Sequence record: MF360958.1
Length of the DNA stretch: 64,000 bases
Direction: 5' to 3' (one strand)
Under the pieces are notes generated by a model. The model made no database searches. It saw nothing but the letters and a program-made list of their open reading frames with translations, and was not told the DNA's origin. Shown here piece after piece: positions 10,437-20,110 of the stretch. A program made the translations under genes and the position numbers. Within the stretch, counting starts at the first letter, position 1. Each line of letters starts with the position of its first letter.

Positions 10437-10525
10437 ATTTCACTCCAAATAATATTAATTATAATGATTTTAATCATTCTTTTAAATCTGTCAAGTTATT
10501 GATTTCATTGAACAACATAATATTT

Positions 10526-10594
10526 TTATTTCTTGTTACCACGTCTATTTCTTCTAACTTGCTTTTTGCGATTTTTATGAATTTTATTTCTCAT
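10526..10594 (-). CDS. 22-aa highly basic micropeptide
   Basis: Hand translation MRNKIHKNRKKQVRRNRRGNKK; AAAGG RBS-like site; fills the gap between genes on the same strand. Confidence 0.4.
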   Translation of the reverse strand: MRNKIHKNRKKQVRRNRRGNKK

Positions 10595-10643
10595 AGCTAC
10601 CTTTGGTTATGATTTAATAAAGTCATATATTTATTTTGTATGA

Positions 10644-11210
10644 TTATGCGGTAATAATATTGCAGTCACTTCCAACACTAGGACAAAATTCTGAAACAAT
10701 TTTCATTGTCTTTTTTAGATAGTCAAAACCATCATAACGTGATAATTGCCCTGTACTAATAGGGTCGCCAACTTGGCCATTATGATTCATGCAAAATGCT
10801 CTTAATGCTGCAAGTGCATATTCATCACCAGAACCTACCGCATCGAAACCATTAACTGAACGGATGACAGAATAATCAGATTGTAATTTCCATAACTCTC
10901 CATGAAGACCTAATAGACACACGCCTCCTTCTGTATACCCATTCTTTTCTAAAGTAGATTTAATTTCTGGAATTAACTTTTTAACTAACCATGGATAAAT
11001 TTGCGATTTATCATCAGGAAGGTAAACAGTTTCAAGGTTATGTTCTAATATTTGTCCAAACCGGTAACTTGACGTGAAACCAATACCTATATCACCAACG
11101 TTGAATGTTTTAGGGTGCGTATGTACGGTCTTTTTATTTACAGATGTTCCTTGAATATCACCTGCGATTAACACCATATCATCAATTTCAGCACCTATAA
11201 TGCATGTCAT
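10644..11210 (-). CDS. HslV/proteasome-beta-like Ntn hydrolase
   Basis: N-terminal Thr nucleophile (M-TCIIG), AGD, and AVGSGxxYALAAL motif. Confidence 0.75.
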   Translation of the reverse strand: MTCIIGAEIDDMVLIAGDIQGTSVNKKTVHTHPKTFNVGDIGIGFTSSYRFGQILEHNLETVYLPDDKSQIYPWLVKKLIPEIKSTLEKNGYTEGGVCLLGLHGELWKLQSDYSVIRSVNGFDAVGSGDEYALAALRAFCMNHNGQVGDPISTGQLSRYDGFDYLKKTMKIVSEFCPSVGSDCNIITA

Positions 11211-11221
11211 AATTTTCTCCT

Positions 11222-12082
11222 TTAGTATTTTTTTCCAAAACCGTTTTCAACTTTACGTTCATGACGTTTTTTCATGTCATCAGGACTGATATGTCGAAGT
11301 TTATTTTTGTATTCATTAATAGCCACGTTGTTTATTGAACACCCCTTTGAATATAAATAACACATTAACGTAACGGTAGTACCGCCTATCTCGTTTTCTG
11401 ACGTATCAGCAGGTCTGGAATAAACATGATCAACCATATTATGTATAAGATCTTTATCTAGTCCTTCCGCTTGAGATAATTCTATAGCTTCTTCCATAAA
11501 CCGCATCATACGTTCTTCGGTATCAGTTGCTAATGGTCCAAATGTTTCTTTACACCATTCATAGATAATATCTTGAGGATTATTGATGTATTCAAAATCA
11601 TCAAAATAATAATACTCTACATTCAAACGTTCTAGCTCATTTATTGATTCTTGAAAATCAAATCGTTGAGCTACATACTCATCGTATTTAAAGATGATTT
11701 TGCGAATACCAGCTTGAGTCATTTTATTAATACAACCAACGCATGGTTGATGCGTGATGAACATTACATCATCAGATGTAATTCGTTGTTCTGTATTAGA
11801 AATACAGTTTGGTTCTGCATGAATAATACGAGGGTATTTTAAGTTGCGGTCTTGTAAGATTTTTTGCTCATCTTTAGAACTATATTGACGACTTAAACCA
11901 TTATAACCTACACCAATAACTTTTTTATCACTATTGATAAGGACAGCGCCAACTTTAGAGGAAGGATCTTTAGACCATGAGCTTACATCCATTGCTAAAG
12001 ACAAAAATCGACTTAACCACTTTGAATCTAGGTTAAACAGTTTTAATTCATCATTTTGATGAAAATAACTGAAATGTGTCAT
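11222..12082 (-). CDS. dCMP deaminase fused to a MazG-like NTP pyrophosphatase domain
   Basis: SKDPSSKVGA, HAE, PCVGC; C-terminal domain RFMEEAIEL...VYSRP...EIGG. Confidence 0.8.
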   Translation of the reverse strand: MTHFSYFHQNDELKLFNLDSKWLSRFLSLAMDVSSWSKDPSSKVGAVLINSDKKVIGVGYNGLSRQYSSKDEQKILQDRNLKYPRIIHAEPNCISNTEQRITSDDVMFITHQPCVGCINKMTQAGIRKIIFKYDEYVAQRFDFQESINELERLNVEYYYFDDFEYINNPQDIIYEWCKETFGPLATDTEERMMRFMEEAIELSQAEGLDKDLIHNMVDHVYSRPADTSENEIGGTTVTLMCYLYSKGCSINNVAINEYKNKLRHISPDDMKKRHERKVENGFGKKY

Positions 12083-12122
12083 AAAATTTTACCTTTTATT
12101 TTACTTTCAATAACTTAATAGA

Positions 12123-12503
12123 TTAATCTAAGCTATCATAGTAAGAATAAAAGTCAAATGCACGTTTTTCAGCATTTACATCGCCGTATTCATCAAAATC
12201 TAGATTTATTAACACCGCTTCTGCTTCTGATTGATTATTTATTGCATAATCTGGAAGAATTTTACCATGTTCTTTTATATAATTATCTAAAATAGACCAA
12301 TTATTATGGGAAAATAATTCGGGAGGGGATTGATCGTTTTTCTTGAATAATTTATAAACATATTGTTTAAATTCATCAAAATAATCTAATTCATCATTAT
12401 TTTTTAAAATGGAATAAGGAAGTTTTTCATTTAAAACAATGTTATTAACACGTTTATTAAAATAGTCAATTAAATTTCGATATCGTTTCATATCATTGTT
12501 CAT
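12123..12503 (-). CDS. hypothetical protein
   Basis: Likely start ATG 12503 (MNNDMKRYRNLID). Confidence 0.6.
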   Translation of the reverse strand: MNNDMKRYRNLIDYFNKRVNNIVLNEKLPYSILKNNDELDYFDEFKQYVYKLFKKNDQSPPELFSHNNWSILDNYIKEHGKILPDYAINNQSEAEAVLINLDFDEYGDVNAEKRAFDFYSYYDSLD

Positions 12504-12504
12504 T

Positions 12505-12876
12505 TTATCGCCCCTGAAATCGACTTCTCTGTGTTTTACGTGGTTTCTTTCCAATATTTTTTTGATATTTATTTAAAGCAATTTCCCTATCAACACGTTG
12601 ATAGGGATAAATTCCTCGAATATTTTTCCACATAAAGCGCCCATAAGAAGGCGCTTTAGTGAACATTTTTGCTACATAATAAGGAACACGATAATATTCA
12701 TAAATAGCACCTGAAAGAAATTCTACAGTTAATATACCCATTCCCAAGGTTCCATCTTCAAACCAAAAACTTTTAACATTAGACGAATCAACATATAAAC
12801 GTCCAATATCTTCTTCTGTTAGATTTTTTTTATCGATATTACCAATAACTTCATAATCATATTCATATAGAAGCAT
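12505..12876 (-). CDS. KTSC domain protein
   Basis: DSSNVKS...LTVEFLSGAIYEY...APSYGRFMWKNIRGIYPY. Confidence 0.85.
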   Translation of the reverse strand: MLLYEYDYEVIGNIDKKNLTEEDIGRLYVDSSNVKSFWFEDGTLGMGILTVEFLSGAIYEYYRVPYYVAKMFTKAPSYGRFMWKNIRGIYPYQRVDREIALNKYQKNIGKKPRKTQRSRFQGR

Positions 12877-12934
12877 TTTAAACGTTCCTTAATTATTCAT
12901 GTATATACCTATTTATGAATTCAAAGAATATTTT

Positions 12935-13492
12935 TTAGCTATTCCAAGGCTGTCTTTCTTTTATGGTGTCACGATTAATTGCTTTTTCACTATCAAATTT
13001 ATCTGGGAAACGTATTTTTAATTTGGAGATATTTTTATCAGCCGCCGATTCAAAATCAGAATTAATAAGACGCAATAGCATTGCATCATACCAAAATCCA
13101 TCCCCGATTTCTTCTTCAAGATTTATTACATCAATAGGTTCATCAGGATGATTAATGTATCCTTGCAAAATTTCAATTCCCTCAACCGCTTCAGTAGCTT
13201 TGCCGATTAGTCCATGAACTAGATCCACACCGAAGGAATCAAAACTCGCATAATTATTATTTTCCAAAGAATCGCTATATCCATCAATCATACTATCTGG
13301 GTATTCTTTACCATAAAAAAGATGTTTTTTAATGCAATCAAGTTCATTGCCTAACCTCACAAATTCATTCATAATATAATGAAGACGTTTATATGTGTAT
13401 TCATCAAACTCTAAACTTTCAAGTTTTACAGCTGTTCGTGAAGATTCATCAAGATAACTCTTAATATCTACAGGGGTTGAATTATTACTCAT
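12935..13492 (-). CDS. MazG-like nucleotide pyrophosphohydrolase
   Basis: ATEAVE...EEEIGDGFWY...NISKLKIRFPDKF; likely start ATG 13492. Confidence 0.8.
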   Translation of the reverse strand: MSNNSTPVDIKSYLDESSRTAVKLESLEFDEYTYKRLHYIMNEFVRLGNELDCIKKHLFYGKEYPDSMIDGYSDSLENNNYASFDSFGVDLVHGLIGKATEAVEGIEILQGYINHPDEPIDVINLEEEIGDGFWYDAMLLRLINSDFESAADKNISKLKIRFPDKFDSEKAINRDTIKERQPWNS

Positions 13493-13840
13493 ACTTATTA
13501 CTCCTTTTATTTTTATATTAGAAAACAATACTTTAGATTAATTTATGTTTCTGTCAAGTAATTAGCGATTTATTAATAGAATTGTTCTAATAGTAATTAC
13601 AAAAGTCTAACCTTTCTCCTTATTATCCTAATAAGAATAAGTAAGAGTTTTTAGTAAAGTTAAATAGTAATAAATTAGTACTATATATGGATGTAAATAA
13701 AATTTACTTATATGTACTTATGAATGATAATGAATAAGTACATCATTATTAATGAATACTATAATAGCTATTTATAGTAATGATAAATAATTCGATGGGA
13801 TTGATGAATCAATCCCATGATTCATTGCAAGCAATGAATA

Positions 13841-13869
13841 TTGACATATTGATAGTTATTGGTTAGAAT
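13841..13869 (+). promoter_or_regulatory. sigma70-type early promoter
   Basis: TTGACA-17 nt-TAGAAT. Confidence 0.8.
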
Positions 13870-13901
13870 TTTAGCTCAACATATTAAAGGGGGATTTTTC
13901 T

Positions 13902-14231
13902 ATGGAAAAACTACAAACATTTGCAGGGCAATCTCTTAGTAAATGCGATTTCCGTGAACTAAGAAAAAAAATTATCGAAGAAGTCCTAGCACAAATGGCA
14001 AGTGAAAAAAGCAAAAATCCATTTGTTACACCCGAGCAATTTGTGGTAAAACATAAAGCTCGTTTTGGACAAGTAAATAGTTGTCTTAATGAATTGGTTG
14101 AAAAACGTATTCTTAAAACACCTGTTGAAAAACAGCTTGAAACAGGACGTACTCAAAAGTTTTATTATTTCAATTTAACGACTAAAGAAGTCGAGAATGT
14201 TTTAAACAAAATGACTCGTAAAAATAATTAA
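13902..14231 (+). CDS. winged-helix DNA-binding protein
   Basis: GQVNSCLNELVEKRIL helix followed by wing GRTQKFYYF. Confidence 0.55.
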   Translation: MEKLQTFAGQSLSKCDFRELRKKIIEEVLAQMASEKSKNPFVTPEQFVVKHKARFGQVNSCLNELVEKRILKTPVEKQLETGRTQKFYYFNLTTKEVENVLNKMTRKNN

Positions 14232-14234
14232 AAT

Positions 14235-14266
14235 ATAATACCCAAGTAATATTACTTGGGTATTAT
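14235..14266. repeat. 32-bp perfect palindrome
   Basis: ATAATACCCAAGTAAT/ATTACTTGGGTATTAT with no loop. Confidence 0.95.
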
Positions 14267-14284
14267 TATGTGAATATCCCCCAT

Positions 14285-14314
14285 AAAAAGCCCTCTCAAT
14301 TGAGAGGGCTTTTT
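14285..14314. terminator. bidirectional intrinsic terminator
   Basis: AAAAAGCCCTCTC-AATT-GAGAGGGCTTTTT between convergent genes. Confidence 0.9.
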
Positions 14315-15929
14315 ATTTTATTAGTTTTTGATAATTTGATAGTTTATGGAGATTATTTTTAACTATATCAAATATATTTTTAGGAATTGTTTTTTCCATG
14401 CGTTTAATTGAATAATAATTGAATAGTGTTGTAATGACACCAACAACGCCAGTATATTTTTCATACCCCGGATCAAATGTTGTTTTAAAATTTGAAAGAT
14501 ATGGATTTATAATTACATTATTATAATATTCATTCTCTTTAATATTAAGTTCTGGAAGATAATGGTCAATATTATATGTTCTGAAATGATATTGTGTATA
14601 ATAGATTATATTATAATCTATTGAAGCAATTTTTTTCCATGGAATAACATTAAAATAATATTCATAATTAAAATCATTATAATGATATGCAATATTATTA
14701 ATATAAAAAATATAACTATCTATAATCATATTCATATTTGAAATATATGAATATGTTATAAAATGATAAAATGTTTTATTGTATAATTGTGTATCATTTA
14801 TGGTATTGTTTGAAAAAAGTTGAAATTCATTAGTAACAAGTTCTAATATAATAGAAAATGTTTTGGAAAAATTCTCTATATTCTCGTAAAGAAATCTAAA
14901 CATATTCCAAGTAGTATAATTGGAAATAATATAATTTATATTAATGTGATGAACATCTTCATAACAAAATGTTTTATAAGTTCGATAAGTTAATAAATTA
15001 AAATAAGGAATCATTAAAGTATTAATGGTATTATTAATACTTATATCATTTTGAAAATAATCATTGAAAAACTTTTTAGTAATAGTTTTAACAAAATCCT
15101 CTCTAAAATTATTAATTAAATCAGTGGTCGTTACTAATTCATCAACGCTATAATTGATAAAAGGTTTTAAAAATTCGTCATGTGAATGATTACAAATAAC
15201 TCCATATATAAGTTCTATAGATGGACTATGAGGACATTCTATTTTTGAAATATATTTTTGAATAGCACCAATATATTGAGCAAAATATAAATTATCTAAT
15301 CCTAGTGTGTATTTCATATTCGTTACAATTTGTTGGGAATTGAATAAATTATACACCCAATAAGTATAAGTATTAGTGTATATATTACTTATTTTTTCAA
15401 CAAATTTATCAAGATAATAGTTAAATAACCGATCATCGATATTAATGACATCTAATTGTCTTAGATCATTAGCTATAACCAATGCAAGTAAAAAAGTATC
15501 ATCATGGTATGAATTGTTTACCTCTAAGCTTAGCTCAGTAAAGATACATGAGTGATAATATTTAATGTTATTATCAATATTATTATTGTAATTAATTAAA
15601 AGTTTTGTTATAATTTTATTAATAATATCTTTATCAATATAAGTTTTATTAATAGAATCATAATGGGGTAAGCTATCAAATGTTTTATATGTAATATATT
15701 CATTTTCACAAGCTGTTTTAGAAAGATTATTTTCATATTGTCCAAAATCAGTTACTAGTTGTTCACAACCAATATGAGAACAATGGTCATCAAATATTGA
15801 TGAACATTCAAATAATGAATTAATTTTTTTCATTTGTTTATTATAAAAACTATTTTTATATAAAATATTTTTATTCAACGTATAATTCATATTTCTATGA
15901 TAATTAATAAATTCATTTTCTAAATTCAT
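14313..15929 (-). CDS. hypothetical N/Y/I-rich protein
   Basis: 538-aa ORF. Confidence 0.7.
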   Translation of the reverse strand: MNLENEFINYHRNMNYTLNKNILYKNSFYNKQMKKINSLFECSSIFDDHCSHIGCEQLVTDFGQYENNLSKTACENEYITYKTFDSLPHYDSINKTYIDKDIINKIITKLLINYNNNIDNNIKYYHSCIFTELSLEVNNSYHDDTFLLALVIANDLRQLDVINIDDRLFNYYLDKFVEKISNIYTNTYTYWVYNLFNSQQIVTNMKYTLGLDNLYFAQYIGAIQKYISKIECPHSPSIELIYGVICNHSHDEFLKPFINYSVDELVTTTDLINNFREDFVKTITKKFFNDYFQNDISINNTINTLMIPYFNLLTYRTYKTFCYEDVHHININYIISNYTTWNMFRFLYENIENFSKTFSIILELVTNEFQLFSNNTINDTQLYNKTFYHFITYSYISNMNMIIDSYIFYINNIAYHYNDFNYEYYFNVIPWKKIASIDYNIIYYTQYHFRTYNIDHYLPELNIKENEYYNNVIINPYLSNFKTTFDPGYEKYTGVVGVITTLFNYYSIKRMEKTIPKNIFDIVKNNLHKLSNYQKLIK

Positions 15930-16065
15930 ATTTAAACCTGTTCTTTAATCAATAAGATCTAAATAATACCATGATTTTCAGCCTCATTTCAATCTATATT
16001 GACAAATACTAAAAATAGCATAAACTCAATGAGTTATATTAAAATTATTTTTGGAGAAAATATGT

Positions 16066-16719
16066 ATGAAAGATAATCCTCAAATAATAGGTTTGTTAGG
16101 TTTTAAAGGAGCAGGTAAAGATACAGTAGCAAAACTGCTCGCTGAATACAACTATTATCCTGTGTCTTTTGCAGAAAATTTAAAACGTGTCCTAGCTGTT
16201 ATCTTTGGGTGGAACAAAGAAATGCTTGATGGATACACAGTTGAATCTCGTAATTGGCGAGATCAAGTAGACCATTGGTGGGCTGAGAAGCTAGGTATAC
16301 CAGACTTTACACCAAGAAAAGCAATGACAATGATTGGAACAGACCTATTTCGTAAATATTTCAGTGATCAAATTTGGATCATGTCGCTTCATAAAAAAAT
16401 TGATGATATTCATAAAAATCATAATTGCAACATTGTCATTACTGATATTCGATTTAAGAACGAATTTGAATACGTAAAGCAAATTGCAAATAAAACATAT
16501 CGAGTAGAGCGTTATCGTTATGATTGGGAGCATATTGGGTATAAAGCATCCTTGGGAGAACCAACATCAATTCAATATATGAATAATGTTTTAAAAGTCC
16601 ATGAAACGGAGTGGGATTGGTTAAGTTGCGAATGGGATGACGTTATTGATAATACAAAAAATGATATGGGTCACCTTATGAATGAAATTGACACAAAAAT
16701 CATCCAAAACAATAAATAA
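16066..16719 (+). CDS. deoxynucleoside monophosphate kinase (T4 gp1-like)
   Basis: GFKGAGKDT P-loop, FAENLK, TPRKAMTMIGTD, VITDIRFKNE; start moved to ATG 16066. Confidence 0.9.
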   Translation: MKDNPQIIGLLGFKGAGKDTVAKLLAEYNYYPVSFAENLKRVLAVIFGWNKEMLDGYTVESRNWRDQVDHWWAEKLGIPDFTPRKAMTMIGTDLFRKYFSDQIWIMSLHKKIDDIHKNHNCNIVITDIRFKNEFEYVKQIANKTYRVERYRYDWEHIGYKASLGEPTSIQYMNNVLKVHETEWDWLSCEWDDVIDNTKNDMGHLMNEIDTKIIQNNK

Positions 16720-16780
16720 TTGTACAGTTAAGATTTATAATACATATAAGAATTGAATCAAATTAAGGAGAAATAACGTA

Positions 16781-19648
16781 ATGGCTAATATATCCGCTCC
16801 CGGTGTTGAAGTACGTGTGATTAACGAATCAATCACTGTACCATCAAGTGGCGCTACTACTCCCCTAATAGTAGCAGCTACACACCGTAATAAACAAAAT
16901 CCTTCTGGCGCTATTGCCACTTCTACAACTGCTGACACAGCAGGTTCTGTAACACAAATTAATGGTCGCGGTGACCTTCTAGAATTTTTTGGGCGTCCAC
17001 ATTTCGAAACTATTGGTGGTACAGTACGTCAAGGCTATGAAACTAACGAGTATGGTCTACATGCTGCATGGCAAGCTCTCGGTATTGCAAATACTGTTCA
17101 TGTACTAACAGCAGATGTAGATCTTGCAGAACTTAAACCTCAAAATTCTGAACCAACAAGACCTCCTGAATCAGGGACACATTGGCTTGATCTTAATAAT
17201 ATTCAAGTAGGACTTTTTAAATGGAATAAAAATGCAAATTCTTGGGAAGAACAAGAAGTTGAAATTTTAAATGATAAACCCGGAAATGGTAATGTTCAAC
17301 CAATGGCTAATGGCATAGCAAATCCACGAAACAGTTATGGTCAAGATGGTGATTATGTAATTGTAACTTCCATAACTCCTATTGTAGTTTATGAAAAACT
17401 AGGTGGTCAATGGCATATGCTAGGCTCTGAAACACATCCTAAAGATTTTCAATTTAATCCTCATACGCGAATTCCTAAACTACGTAGTGATGGTTCACCA
17501 TTAGAAGATGGGGACTTATTTGTAAAGACTACAGTGCCAAATAATGGTTCTTATTATGATGTTTCTACATATAATAGTGATAATGGTCAATTCATAACTA
17601 AAGATGCTCCATTATTTGTAATGAATGACGCAGCTACTGAATATTATGAAAATATAAATTCCTTAGAAGAAGGAATGATTTATGTTCAATTTGATAATGA
17701 AAATCATCTTAATCCAGATTTCAGCTATAATAAATCACGTCCACGTGAGTCTGATGGTGTAGCAGTATTTACTATTCGTCGGTATAATGGATATAGTAAT
17801 ACAACTGCCGTGTCATCTTTGGATATCCCGGATATTGATCTAAATAATTATCCTACATCAAAAATTCTTATCAATGATGTGGAATTTACATTTGATATAT
17901 CTACATCTTCAGATGGCTCTGTAATTACCGCTAAAGATATTGGTCAAACTTTACAATCAAGTTCAGAACTTAAAAATCTTGGTATACGTGTAGAATTAAC
18001 ATCTGAAAATAAACGTATTCGTTTAATTAATCGTAAAGGTCGTGATATTACAGTACAAAATGTTGGAAAAGTAAACGTAGATTGGGAACCAAATACAATG
18101 TCTGACGTAGCTTCAGTATTAGGATTTGGTTATAATATAAATTCAGGGGAACAAATATTCCGTAAAACCAATTGGGAGCCATTAGAATACGAAGCTTCAT
18201 ATAATGAGCCAGTTCGTAAGCCTGAACAAGGATCATTATGGTATAATAATGATTTACGTGCTGAACTATTAGAAAGTTATTATGATAGTAATGATGATAG
18301 TGTAAAATGGCGTACTCATTCTTGGTCTGAAGGTAATGGGTCAAACACAAATAATAATTTATGGATACGCGGTACTGAACCAAGTAATCCTAATGATGGT
18401 GATGTGTGGATTGATTCTTCTGATCTAGAGAATTATCCTATTATTCATCAGTATCGCGATGGTAATTGGGTAACTCTAGATAATACTGATCAAACAACAA
18501 CAGAAGGTGTTATTTTCAGCAACTATTCTGCACATCCACCTTTTGATGAGGACGGTAATGAACGTTCTGAAAGTGCGGTAAGAAGTGATCTTGTTCCTAA
18601 CCCTGAAAATTATCCTGAAGGTATTCTATTATTCAATATGGATTATTCTACAGGTAATGTTAAAGAATATCAGGACACAGGAGAATGGTTATCCGTTTCT
18701 GGAAATCGCCCTGATGGTTCTCCCTATATGGGTCGTAAAGCACAACGACGCATTGTAGTTCGTGCTATGAAACAAGCTTTACAGAATTCTAAAGCAGTAC
18801 GTGCTCGTGAACGTTACTTTAATATCTTCACTGCAACGGGTTATCCTGAGCTTTTACCTGATCTTAATAGTCTTAATCAACAGCGTAAACGTACTGGATT
18901 TGTCATTGGTTCTTCACCAATGAGACTTGAAGATGATGGTAATGCTGTATATAATTGGGCTAATAATACAAATGATGCTTTAGAAAATGGTGAAGAAGGT
19001 CTTGTATCCATGGATAATATGAGCGCAGTTTGGGGCCTAGCAGGCTTCCAGAGTAATGCGGACGGCTTTAATGTAGCAGTACCCTCTGATGTTATGGCAC
19101 TACAAGTTCTTCTACAAAATGACCGTCAAGCATACCCATGGTTTGCACCAGCTGGTGATCGTCGTGGATTAATACCCAATACCACTAGTATTGGATTTGT
19201 AACTAATAGTTATCAATTTGAAGCAGCTGAAATGAATGACGGTCTTATTGAAACCATGTACGAAAATAACATCAATCCTATTTATGACGATGGTGGTATT
19301 AAAGCTATGGGTCAAAAGACTCTAACCAATGTTTCAAGTGCTATGGATCGCATTAACGTGGCTCGCCTTGTTGCGTATCTACGCTATATGCTTCCACGTA
19401 TTACTCGTCCATTCATTTTCCAACCAAACGATTCTCAAACTCGTCAGGCTGCAACTAATGTGGTTGAAAAATTCCTAGCAGATATTGTTGAAAAACGTGG
19501 TATCTCAGACTTTGCAGTAGTATGTGATAGTTCAAACAATACCCCTGCAAGAATTGAGCAAAATGAGCTATGGATTGATGTAAGCATCAATCCAATCTAT
19601 AGTGTTGAGTTCATAGTCATTCCAGTGAGATTGCAAGGTGCAAGCTAA
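16781..19648 (+). CDS. gp18: tail sheath protein (T4 gp18-like) with a large insertion
   Basis: SAPGVEVRVINES N-terminus; WFAPAGDRRG; RINVARL...VCDSSNNTPARIEQNELWIDVSINP C-terminus. Confidence 0.95.
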   Translation: MANISAPGVEVRVINESITVPSSGATTPLIVAATHRNKQNPSGAIATSTTADTAGSVTQINGRGDLLEFFGRPHFETIGGTVRQGYETNEYGLHAAWQALGIANTVHVLTADVDLAELKPQNSEPTRPPESGTHWLDLNNIQVGLFKWNKNANSWEEQEVEILNDKPGNGNVQPMANGIANPRNSYGQDGDYVIVTSITPIVVYEKLGGQWHMLGSETHPKDFQFNPHTRIPKLRSDGSPLEDGDLFVKTTVPNNGSYYDVSTYNSDNGQFITKDAPLFVMNDAATEYYENINSLEEGMIYVQFDNENHLNPDFSYNKSRPRESDGVAVFTIRRYNGYSNTTAVSSLDIPDIDLNNYPTSKILINDVEFTFDISTSSDGSVITAKDIGQTLQSSSELKNLGIRVELTSENKRIRLINRKGRDITVQNVGKVNVDWEPNTMSDVASVLGFGYNINSGEQIFRKTNWEPLEYEASYNEPVRKPEQGSLWYNNDLRAELLESYYDSNDDSVKWRTHSWSEGNGSNTNNNLWIRGTEPSNPNDGDVWIDSSDLENYPIIHQYRDGNWVTLDNTDQTTTEGVIFSNYSAHPPFDEDGNERSESAVRSDLVPNPENYPEGILLFNMDYSTGNVKEYQDTGEWLSVSGNRPDGSPYMGRKAQRRIVVRAMKQALQNSKAVRARERYFNIFTATGYPELLPDLNSLNQQRKRTGFVIGSSPMRLEDDGNAVYNWANNTNDALENGEEGLVSMDNMSAVWGLAGFQSNADGFNVAVPSDVMALQVLLQNDRQAYPWFAPAGDRRGLIPNTTSIGFVTNSYQFEAAEMNDGLIETMYENNINPIYDDGGIKAMGQKTLTNVSSAMDRINVARLVAYLRYMLPRITRPFIFQPNDSQTRQAATNVVEKFLADIVEKRGISDFAVVCDSSNNTPARIEQNELWIDVSINPIYSVEFIVIPVRLQGAS

Positions 19649-19669
19649 TTAAAATATTAGAAGTAGTCC

Positions 19670-19697
19670 AAAAGCCCCTCAAATGAGGGGCTTTTTT
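19670..19697 (+). terminator. intrinsic terminator
   Basis: AAAAGCCCCTC-AAAT-GAGGGGCTTTTTT; same sequence recurs at 25467. Confidence 0.9.
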
Positions 19698-19763
19698 ATG
19701 TCTTTACATAAGTTAAGATTGTCATATTATTGAATAATATAGATAAGACTAATAGGAGGTAAA

Positions 19764-20033
19764 ATGCATATACCAATTATGATACTTAAAAGTAAAGACA
19801 CAACAATTGAACTTTATATCCTCAATCCCGGTTCAATATTTAAAGAATTTTGTGGTAGTAAAAGCGGTCTTACAGTGTAAGAAACAGCAAGTTTAATTGT
19901 TCGTCGTTATTGTCATAAATCAGCACAAGTGTATGATTCTGAATATGATATTAATGATAATGAAATTTGGAATTCTATGGTTAAACTTATGAATAATGAG
20001 GATTATGTAGTAGAACGCGATTATAATTTATAA
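19764..20033 (+). pseudogene. ORF interrupted by an in-frame TAA
   Basis: AGGAGG RBS; 38 codons, TAA at 19878-19880, then 50 more open in-frame codons to TAA 20033. Confidence 0.6.
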
Positions 20034-20110
20034 ATGCAATGACCTGATTTGACTCAAAACATATTTGCATGATAGACTTGATAAAACTTGTATTAATTAT
20101 GGAGCAAATT

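Noticed and set aside
12935-12965. Possible one-base deletion at the MazG C-terminus (ERQPWNS versus ERQALE)
   Set aside because: Affects only the last few residues and cannot be told apart from natural variation without reads
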